NCBI RefSeq assembly: GCF_963676685.1
Contig: NC_092355.1
Coordinates: 11,222,001 to 11,286,000 of the forward strand
Reading direction: 5' to 3'
Source of the DNA: Mytilus edulis
Taxonomy: Eukaryota
Length of the DNA: 64,000 bases
Made by a program: the position numbers and the translations under genes. Positions 39,201 through 50,875 of this stretch are shown one piece after another; the first letter of the stretch is position 1; the number at the start of each line of letters is the position of its first letter. The notes below the pieces were generated by a model. The model had not been told where the DNA came from, ran no database searches, and saw only the letters and a program-made list of their open reading frames with translations.

Positions 39201-42200
39201 ATTTTTTAAGATAATGATTCCTTGTCAAACATATTATTCTATGAGCAAGATAATAACAAAATAATGTGTATAAAACTAATTCATACAAAATATAATTTAA
39301 AAAAAAAGTGAAACAAAATTAGCAAAAAAACAGGTGAAAACATGCAAATGTAGGTTTTTGCATGCGACCATTTGCTATTAACGATGAAAAAAACAAATGA
39401 TGTTCGATGTTGTCTGTCTCTTTAAATCTTATGTTGTTAATGTGTTTGATATATGAATGTCCCTTACTGTGTAAATTGATGTTTAAATAATTAATTGCAA
39501 AAGATAATGATGTCCGATGATAGCGATAAAGTTATTTTGAATCCGATAATCATGTATTTATGATCAGCAGACAACATATGAAATTAGGAACAGGTAGTAA
39601 CTTTTATTTCTTAAATTATTTCGTGTAAATTGCGATTTATTGTACATTGCGCTATGAATCCTAAACAAACATCTATGTGCATAACATATGAAATTATTAA
39701 GTAAGGGATTTCATTACTATAAGTTAATACTAACATTACCAAATTCTTTCTTAGATTAAAATACATGATTAATAAATTTGGCTATATCTGTATAAAAGTT
39801 ATTTAAACGGTATTAATTTTTGTTAATTTTACGATAATATCATACTTAAAGCGCGGAAATCACTGTGCGATCCAGGTAAACTCATCGACCCTCTGAAGGG
39901 AATTGTCAGTAAAGATTATCTTACCAATAATGCATCTAGATATTTGATTATAGTTAACATTTGCACATATATCGATCGGGCTAACACATGGATTACTATT
40001 CTCGATATTTGCAAACTCGTAAAAATTCGACACCAATTGTGTGTTGCTATTGTAAAATCTAAGACACCCCAACCGCCTAAAAGTAATGCAAAGTAAAGAT
40101 AGATATGGTACACGTGTATTGCTGTCATATATCTCCTGCCAACACGCACTAAGTCTCCCTGTCACAAGAGGGAAACATTCGGGTAATTAACATATAAAAT
40201 GACTCTCATGATATCATAATATTTTGATAAATTTCCAACAGGGACAAATTGCACTTCTTATATTTTATTCTTAAATCTGACACTCACATTGTAATTAATG
40301 AAAATTGTTTAACGTATATACATTGTTGATTCTGTTTTAACTAGTTCTCATCAATGGTACATTTGTATTTATCTAAAGGTAGACTACTAGTCTTTCAGGT
40401 CATCATCTACCAAGCAGTCGTTACTGACATGATTTATAACATACATGTGTATATTATTCTGTTAGTGATTTGAAATTCCAAGTTTTCAAACATACAAATT
40501 TGAGCGCTCCTCGTGAAAAAAAATCGAATAAAAACTGCTGCGACGCTCTAAATTTTTGACATGTTAGAGTCATATATGTCAATATACTATTTAGTTTTAC
40601 TGTGTTGAAAAGATATTAGTTAAATAATGATTTAGATTGTAACGCAATTCTGTATTTTCATTGGTAGATTAAGATCAGTTTACTTGTTAACGCTTTACAT
40701 ATAGGGATTCCAACCTGATACATGAACATTGAAAATTAATTATATATACGGTACAGTACTTATCTGTCTAACTACAGATGGTTCACAATTATTTACGGAA
40801 TTACATTTTCTTCTATTAGACCGTTGCATTGAATCACACCATCGTTGGGATAAATAGTTAAATTAGTTATGATGTCAATGTCCAGCTATTTTATTACGAA
40901 GGACATAGTCGATGACATTCACCGGATGTTAATAACAAGTTCTAATAACGTAAACAAGATGAGTTATTGAGCATATTATGACTTCCTTTTTATATAGTTT
41001 TAATCAAACTATACTCAAGTCAGGAATATGACAGAGGTTATCCGTTTGTAGATTGTTTTAAGCATTTGATTTTATTACTGGATTAAGGATTTTCCGTTTT
41101 CAATTTTTTATCGTACATTGTAGTTCTGTATTTTTGTTATTGTGCTTCCAATTGTGTTGCAATAGTGATTACTATTTGTCATTGTCGAATATATCTGTGG
41201 TCTATATTTATGATAGTATATAAGCACTTAGCAGTATTGTCCCTGTTTTCTTATCATTAATAAGAATATAAACTTACACGAGAATAATCAGAAGGGATCG
41301 TATTTCTAGTACTTTTGGTTGGTGGAAAAAAAACATACATTGCACAAATCGGATTTTTTTGGTTGAATGTGTGGATAAATAACAAAACGCCGAAATTTAA
41401 ATCGATGTCGTTGTTTTCATTATTGTTTATGAATGCTGGCACATCAACAACAAAATAATTAGTTTTAAATTGGACATTTGATTAATAAAAAGTTCCTGTG
41501 CAAATACAGACACCTTCCATGCTTATTCAACTAATCTAAGGAGGCAATTTAAACATGACGGGTATCGCTAGTGTAGGGGACCTTTCATGATTAAGATTCA
41601 CATCCATGATACCTGCCACCTCTTGTGATATTTATGTAGAAAATTGGCTTAAATTGATTGGTTTGACCTCAACCGAATACTTGAAATCTTAGTATGAAGT
41701 CAAAATGAAATTGAAAATAAAAGCTAGTCCATTTAGGTCCCGTAAAACTATTTAACCATGCCATATTCTGTGTGTACTTGGTCCAAGTCAGCAGCCTGTA
41801 ATTCAGAGGTTTTCGTTTGTTGCTGTATATCATATTTGTTTTTCGTTTATTATTTTGTACATAAATCAAATCGGTAGTTTTCCAATACGCATTTTCTTAG
41901 ATTTGTCATTTTGATGCCTTTTTATAGCTGACTATGTGGTACGGATTTTACTCATGATTGAAGACCTTGCGGTAACTTATAGTTATTTTTGTTTGTGATG
42001 TTGGTATTTTTTGTGGATAGTTGTTTCGTTGGTCATCATATCACAGTACATCTACTTATTATCATAGTAACACAATCCGTATTTATAAACGTGCAATCAC
42101 TGTAGTTTATATTATTATTGTCATATTTAGTGTGCATGTATTTCAGAACGGCCAACCGACAAGGCTTCACCTGTATACATGCCTAAAGGATACATAACTT

Positions 42201-45200
42201 TTACAATTTTTCGCTCCTTGATTGAGTTGTTATATCTATGGAAGAAGTAAAAGTCCAGTGAAGAATGAATTATCTGGCAATCCCAAATTGGATAAAGAGA
42301 AACGAAAGATACCAGAGGGACATTTGGAAGTATCGTCTTGAAAAAAGGAAAATAAAAAAAATACAGAGCTCCAAGGATAATTCAAGAAGTAAAGTCCCTA
42401 ATGAAATGGCAAAATCAAATGCTACTATTATTATAAACCATTATATTCCTAACTTGGTACGGGTATTTTCTTATGTAGAAAATGGTGGATTTCTATTGAA
42501 TTATGTTTAAAATAGACAGATGTACATTTCGCATCCCAAAAATTTATTAAGAATTTCAAATTAAAAATGTGTATTGCGTTGTTGTGTCATGTAATGCATC
42601 AAATTTGTAGCATATTCTCCCACTTCCCTCTGATTGTCAAGATTAAGCTAAACATTGGAATAATGCGTATATTCAAATGAACTGTGTCAAAAATTGGAAA
42701 CGGAAAGTCGGTAATAACATGTCGAAATTAAACGCTCAATCACATCAAACGAACGGATAACAACTATTCTATTCAGGCATTTTCGTATGTAGAACCTGGT
42801 TTATGTCTGTGTCATTTTGGTCTCTTGTGGACAGTTGTCTCATTGGCAAGCATACCACATCTTCTTTTTTATATTACAGTTATTTAAAACTTGCACATGA
42901 ATGACAGTCGAAGTAAATTTCATTATATTGACAACGATGTCTAAAAAGGGACAAAATAAAAATTGAATTACAATTTAATTCGTTTATATCCCTTGGAGGA
43001 AAGAAATGTGTGATAACATTCGAATTCCCAAAATTTAATGGCTAAAAACCTGATTGTATGCAATTCCTACATTGTTTGTCAGTTTCTTAAATGTTTTTTT
43101 TTTAATCGGATCATGATTTTACATTAACTATTTTGCACATGTTCAACCAAATAAAAATTAAAGGGCAATTATCCGAATTTCTGACATTTTTACAGCAAAT
43201 TTTAACGAGTAATATTCCATTCGGCACTACTTTGGGAACCAACTGTGCTTCTCCTCATTAGACTGCATTTGTCTGTTTTAATCTGTTTATACTGTTTTTT
43301 ACTGGTAAAAATTAAACGTACGATTATTTAGGTAGATTTAAACAAAAATGCATGCAGGCTTAAGAAATAACAAACTCTACTATATCAAAACACTGAACGA
43401 ATGAAAACATCTGTCATATTCCTGACTTATAACAGGCATTTGCTGAATATAATGGAACCTGGTTTGCATTGTTAAGAGTCAGGGGTCTTATATCGAGATG
43501 CCTATCACACTGAGATATAGATAAAAGTTGCCTAGATAAACAACCTGATTTTTATTCAACATTTGACATGATGGTGTTCTTCAAGAAAGGCTTTACAACA
43601 CAATTTATAATTCAAAAAACCATATGCGAATCTTAGTGTATGTGTATAGGATTTTATTGAATACATCTTCTGTTAAATACGTATTCAAGGACTAGTTTTT
43701 TTATAATGATATCCCTTCTAAAATACTGCAGCTAACATCATGGAAATCAAGTGAATCTTGATACATACAATGCTAGTATCTCTGTTAAATCGTATGAATG
43801 CCGATATGTTTTTGAAGCTTCAGGAATATTTGATAATTGTCACCACAACGTAATGGATTTGTATGAAGCTAATGCCAAAAAGCAAGGCTACTCTGAGTAG
43901 TTTTAGCAGATTGGGTAGTTATATTTAAAATATTTAAGTTGTAGTTCATTTCAAATACAAATTTGCCTTAAACATATAATTGACTTTGTCTAGTTTCTAT
44001 TTATTTAGATATAGAATACAAAATTTGCATTTTAAACATAATAATAAAACAGATTTAATTTTTTTTTATTGTCACTCCTTTTTCTTGTTTGTATCTTTTC
44101 TAGATAATACTATTAGTCCCCTATAACCATTAATAACATATAAGTGGTATTATTTTTACTTTTGAACGTTCCTTTAAAAGAAAATAATGGTATCAATAAA
44201 ATATAGAAAAAAATATACCTCCGAGACAAAAGAAAATAATTATACTATAATAATCTCTGGGTTTTTTTTCTACTTTTCAAAGCTTTTAAAAGTATTTATG
44301 ACTTTTACATTTTTTACAATCATAATAAATTCGTGTGTAGGGATTTGTTCACATATTCCGAAATCAAATTACCATAGGCAATTTTTCATAATGTCTTTCA
44401 GGAGTTAATCAACAAATTACGAGAAACATATCTTTAAAGATAGCGGTTCAAAGAATAAATAAAATTGTTAAAAGAAAAAAGTAACATATGCTAGCATGTG
44501 TATATTCCAATTAGTACAAATACACATACACATAAAAAAGAATATATTCAACAAAATGTATGACCATTATTTGTCGAAGTGCTAGAAGTCCTTGATAGAC
44601 TAAAAGAAGATACCACGGGGGTATTCAAACAAATAGGCAAACACAAATTGACAATGAAATGGTAAAAACAATGACAGAAGATACATATCAGTACACAGCT
44701 CACAACACAAAGTTCTCAATGTAGAGCAACACAAATATCGTCAAAACAAGGGGATATCTTAATCGTTTCTTTTGTTGTTTAAATATGTGGTCTTGCAGTA
44801 ATGTTTTTGTTCGTTTCTTATCCAGACAACACCGTCAATAATGTTACGATACGCAAATTGCAACAACTGATGAATTACAACTTTTGTTGTACGTGTTACT
44901 ACTTAGATTACCACTAAACATGTTTTACAAAATTTTTTCAATGTTTTATTTGAGATTTCTCGACCCTTTTTTTGACCTTCAATCTCATTTATAAATTCCT
45001 GATGCTCTCTTTGGTAATCAACCTCTCACAAGTATGGTAAAGGTCAATAGACAATTAACACAGACCTTGAGTCAACATTTTACAGCGAAAACAGCAATAA
45101 ATATACCAAATTTGCAGAATGCCTTCACACTTTCATGATACAAAATAACGGAACGTTGTTCATTTGCAAAACTATCCACACATAACATTTTACATACTCA

Positions 45201-45306
45201 TCCTATGCGTATTAGAATCATGTAATGAAAAACCGCTTACGTATTTCAATATGAAATTAACTTTACAATATAAACTAAACAATATACAAATAAATTACGA
45301 ACTTAC

Positions 45307-45793
45307 TAGACATCAAAGAAATATTGATAAAAATATATTCTGTATGGCAATGGTCATCTGAATGCTGAAAAATATCTGTTATATAGAATAGTATCTTGAT
45401 ATTTTTTTTTTTAAATGCTCTGAAACAGTTTGTTTCAAATTGTAATTTAATTTGCTCCCATTGATCAGGAAATTGTGCTCGATTTGTAAAATCAGTGTTT
45501 CAAACATCCATCAAATGCATGAACGTCATTTACAAAGCATCACTGACATTTTGAGAAGTTTTGTAATGTATTATAATTTTGAAGTATATGCTATAATTGA
45601 CCTATAATTTGCTAGAGTCTAGTAACATGTGATAATCATCTTTAAAGTACAACACACGATTATTGACTACTGCACTTTTGATAGAAGTTCCCGATCTATA
45701 GAAACAGTCATTGAACATTTTGATTTCAATGGATAACGTATGTAGAGAAAGGAACTGTACAATGATTGTAAATGATGGGGTTAGCATGTCCAT
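45307..45793 (-). pseudogene. Candidate decayed coding exon (signal-peptide-like start, family unknown)
   Basis: One frame from ATG 45793 runs 162 codons with only 3 stops and ends at a perfect GTAAGT donor (45306-45301, phase 1). Confidence 0.3.
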
Positions 45794-47049
45794 AATGGAA
45801 TAAACTTGTTATTGTTAAAGCTTTTGTTCTAGCAGTTAATGTGTATTGATTAGAGGCACCAATATGTTTCTATAAAAACTGGGTTTTTTTATAATTTGAC
45901 TAAACAATACCTACGCCAGTTTTTTTGCTAACAATGTGATTTGCAAAATGGCAACCGATACTTTATCGTTCGAACCCGTCTTGATTTCTTTTTTTTTTTT
46001 TTTAACATTCATAAATTCTTTATTGCACTCTTTGCTGTTTTAACAAATTACTTAATGTACAGCATTCCATCAAGTATCCCTGTTACATACAATTATAACT
46101 GATATCCAGGGAGAATATACAGTAAAACTTATCTTATTTTATACATAGCCATTTAATACATTTCTATTTTCTATCATTACTTTATAAATATACATAATAT
46201 CATATAAAATCTTATCGAAGTACTTAAAGATGTTACAGACCATGTGTCGTGAAATTTACGGAGAAAAATCCGTTATCGGTTCTTTTAATAGAATTTTGAA
46301 CCATATGAAAATATGAATGAGATACAGCGTGGTTACTGTTTCTGTTAACTTTTGTTAATTCGTACCTTTGGATTTATACAATTCTTTGGAAGTGTTTGTT
46401 AATACTAAAAAATGGTAAGTAAAGTATTCTCTTTGTATGTTTCTTATAAGCTTTTGTCATGATTTTTGATTTTACAAATTTGACCCAAATTTTATTACCT
46501 GTGAACAGTCTGTGACCTGTCTGTGACCTTTATATTGTAAACATTAGAATTATCCTTATTATTCTTGTACATAATATGTTCATATAGTTTCACAAAAAAA
46601 AAAGAAAAACATCATTAAACATATGAAAATGTACATAATCTTTGTTGTACAGATATAATAGAATACATGTTGAATATTTATTTTTTTTACCTTTATCCCC
46701 CCTTTTGTTTCCAAATTATTTTTATACTTCACTTTCATGCATACATAACTTACATACCTACATACATGCATTCACACTTACATATATATTCATTCACACA
46801 TATGCTCTAGTTACATACATACATGTCCACACACATATAACATGTATTAAGACCTTTACAAAAAGATGCATTCACATACATTGTACATGTATCTACATGT
46901 GTTTTCATACATTTTTTGTACATAGACACCTATACTTATATTATAGTATCATATTTTTTTACTAGTCCACTGGTGAAATATTGAAAACAAGTACACAATA
47001 TTAACATTCTAGAACATACATTCTGTTTTTTTCCAAGAGTTAATTTTGT

Positions 47050-50000
47050 TTATTTCAAGATCTGCAACACTTTTTTAAACATTTTGTTTATTTCCATATT
47101 GGCCGTATAATATAATTCAACTGTACCTGAGATTTCATATTTAAAAATTTTCACTATATCTATTTTTTTTGCCTTATTATTGGATTTATAATTTGATTTA
47201 TAGACTGAAAAAAACATTAAACTCAGCAAGTGATTGAGTCCAAAATAAGCATCATCATGAATCTTGTATCCTATTACTAGAGAGTGTAGGCTTATAACAT
47301 GTTTGTCAATACCTATTTTGTTAAATATATCTCTCATTGATCTCCAGAAGTTTGTGTTATATGCGCATGTGATGAAAAAATGTTTGTAGTTGTCTTGTTC
47401 ATTACAATATGCACAAAGGCTGTTTTCAGAAATTTTCCATTGAAATAATAGCTCTTTATTTGCTAAGATGAAATGCATTAATTTCCACCTGAACATCTTA
47501 ATTTTATTATCTTTTAAGTATTCAAAAGTGAATTTTATCGTGTCTTTGAATTCACTATTTATATTTCCTGTATGTAATATCTTTTCCCATTTCAAAAAAC
47601 CAATGGGTGTTTCTGTTTTTATTCTACTTTGCACTATCTTATAAATATCTTTATTATTAATGCCGAGTATATCCTCATGGTCTCTTAATCTGATTTTTTC
47701 TCTGTTAATATTTACTTTAGTTTTGAATGATCTCTCAGTTTTAAGCTTCTCCTCCCAGTTATTTGGTATGGCTTTTTTAAGTTTTGAAAATTCAGCAATC
47801 CAATTACCTTTGTTTTTTAGTTTTAAATTGATTACTTTTTCTGATATTTGTCCTCTATTGTCAATTATGTCATTTATAAATAGAATATCACTTTCAATCC
47901 ATTTATCAAAAAACAGACATTGTCCTTTAAATTTTATCAAGTTATTGCCCCATATTATTTGCTTTCTGATCTCTAAAAAGTTCCATGTTTTATTATTTTT
48001 AGCTTCATTCAGATTTACCTGAATCCATGATTTTATCAGTTCTTGATAGAATTACGGTGTATTGTTCCATATTTTTTTGTCAATTAATTTTATATTTCTT
48101 ATATTTATCTTGAAAATTAGCAAATTTTTGCCAAACTTATTCAGGTATAGTTTAGGCAACACTGACCAGTTAGCATTTTCTGATTGTATTATTTTTTTAA
48201 TCCATTTTATATGTATTGACATTATATAAGACTCCAGATCAATCATTTTTAATCCCCCTTCAGCATAATTTTTTGTTAATATTGACCTCTTTATTTTATC
48301 TTTTCTGCCATTCCAAACAAACCTATAAATTATATTGTTGATGATTTGCAACTTATCTTTAGTAATAATACCATTAGTAGCAAAATAAGTTAAATTTGGT
48401 AGCAGAAGAGCTTTCACAATTAAAATTTTTCCAAGCAATGTTAAATTTCTTTTTGACCATCTGTCTACAAGTTTTGTAATTTTATCCAAGATTTTTTCTA
48501 TGTTCAATGTTTGACATTCCTTATTATCATATCCAAAATAAATACCTAGACTTTTGACTGGTTTATTTGTCCAGTTTATATTTTCATATTTATCTTTACT
48601 GCTTTTTAATCTCCCTAACCATATTCCTTCTGTTTTATTCCTATTAAGTTTCAGCCCTGATAGACTTCCAAATGTCTCTATTATACTGAGAGCTAGACTT
48701 ATATCTTTACGAGACTGAAGAAATAGTGTTGTGTCGTCTGCTAATTGACAGATTTTTAAATTACAAGATTGTCCGTCTAATTTTATTGTTATTCCCTTAA
48801 GTTCTTTATTTTTTCTTAATCTTATGGCCATTAATTCAACAGTTATAACAAACAGTAACGCAGAAATCGGACACCCTTGTCGAATACCGCGGTATATTTT
48901 AAATGGACCTGAGACCCACCCATTATTCAAAATACACCCTTTAATATCATTATACATAGTTTCAACCCATCTGATAAATCCACTTTTAAATCCAAAATTT
49001 TTGAGAGTTTCTGTCATAAAGATCCATTCTAAGGAATCAAAAGCCTTACTGAAATCTAGAAATAGTACTGCTCCTTCTATGTTAAATTTCTCTGAATAAT
49101 CAATTATGTCTTGAATTTGCCTTATATTAAAACCAATATATCTATTCTTTACATATCCAGTTTGGTCTAGACTTATAATAGATGGTAAAACTTTTTTTAG
49201 TCTTTGTGCTAACACATAAGCCAGTAGTTTTGTATCTATGTTAAGTAATGTAATTGGACGGTAATTATTTAATGAAAGCGGGTCATCTTTTTTATATATT
49301 AAGGAAATCGCACCTTTTTTTTGTGAATTGGTAAGTTCTTTTTTCTCATAATTATTATTGAATACTTTAACCATAATATTTTTTAAATTATTCCAAAATT
49401 GCCTATAAAATTCCACCGTCAGACCATCCAGGCCAGGGGATTTATTTAACTTCATTTTAAAGATTGCTTCTGTACATTCTTTCTCAGTTACTTCCCCTTC
49501 ACATTGATTGCTTTCTGATTCATCTAGCTGTTTTGATATTTCTGTTTCTGTTATATACTTCTTAACCTCATTATCACAGGGATTAGTTGATTCATAAAGT
49601 TTTTTATAGTATTTTACTTCTAACTCTAAAATTTTATTTTGATTTTTAGTAGCCAAACCATTTTCATCATATAATTCAGTAACAACTTTTTTTGTTTGAC
49701 GACTCTTTTCTAGCCCCAAAAAATATGCACTATTTTTTTCACCTTCTTCAAACCATTTTACCCTTGACCTTATTTTTTGACCTTTAATCTTATCTTTATA
49801 CAGAGTGTCTAACTTATTTTCAACATTCTGTATTTCTTTTTGTAATGTTTTATTTATATCAGTACTATCATTTATTTTATTATTAAGGTTATTCAACTTT
49901 GTTTCTAGAACATTTATCTCATCTTTTCTTACTTTAGCTTTTCTTTTACAATAGTCTAAACTTGCATCCCTTACTTCTATTTTCAAATTATCCCAAAGAA

Positions 50001-50869
50001 TCCCCAAATCATCACAGTTGGTTAATTCTTTTTCATATTTAGATATTAGCTTTTTAATAACATAAACATATTCTTCATTGTTCATTATGCTAGCATTTAA
50101 CTTCCAATACCCCCTTCCTTTATTTCCTCTTTCAGTATTTATTTTGAGTGACACTGCATTATGGTCAGTTATTTTTTGGACAATAGGTCTAATATCACAA
50201 TTTTTGCATTTTTTTTGTACTTCTTTAGAAACAAAAAAATAATCAATTCTGGTAGCTTCTGTTCTATCTTTCCTACACCAAGTAAATTGTCTAGTATTTT
50301 TATTTTTATTTCTCCAAATATCAATTAGTTTACATGATTTTATAAGCCCGTTTAAACTTGTTACAGGTTTATCAAATTTTTTGGAAGATTTAGTTTTATT
50401 TTTTGTATCTAGCAGTGACCAAATGTCATTAAAATCACCTCCTAGAATGACTTGCCCGAGTCCGTATTTATTAATAAACACTTTTATTGTTTTAAAGAAA
50501 CTATTTCTTTCTCTTAATCTGTTCGGAGCATAGATATTAACTAATGTGTATTTAAATATTTTCATCAATTTCAATATTAATCATAATGACTCTCCCTTCT
50601 AAGTCTTTATGTTCATCTATGTATTTGAATCTGGTTTTATCTTTTATCCATATCGCTACCCCACGTGAATTGCTTGTCCCATCGCTTCTAAAAAGATTTT
50701 CACCAAATTCCTTTTCTAATGTGAACTTCATTTTATTTGTAAAATGGGTTTCCTGTATGAATAGAATATCATTTTTTTGTTGATTCGACCAGCTTACAAT
50801 TTTACTTATTTTTTCAGGTTGTTGCAGGCCATTGGCATTGACCGTGCTTATATGTAGATTATTCTTCAT
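47050..50869 (-). pseudogene. LINE ORF2 (APE endonuclease, reverse transcriptase, C-terminal zinc finger), ~1270 codons, one frameshift and one nonsense codon
   Basis: EN motifs TVNANGL, FIQETH, NIYAPN, GGDFN, RIDYFF, TDH; RT motifs KSPGLDG, YRPITLLN, LDFSKAFD, GIRQGCPIS, LADD; CAYC..H..C at the C-terminus. 1-nt frameshift at ~50555; in-frame TAA at 48054-48052 followed by FYQELIKSW in the same frame as 47940. Confidence 0.95.
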
Positions 50870-50875
50870 TTTGGA

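Larger units (their letters stand above)
30148..43290 (+). repeat. Tandem segmental duplication, copy 3 (older, more diverged, expanded by insertions)
   Basis: Near-identical to the start of copy 2 until ~31990, then collinear but diverged blocks (38830-38940 vs 14468-14575; 40680-40960 vs 16270-16545; 43185-43245 vs 19095-19163). Confidence 0.85.

Noticed and set aside
39860-40165. 101-aa minus-strand ORF
   Set aside because: GTG start, no recognisable motif, mostly in sequence private to copy 3 (probable insertion).
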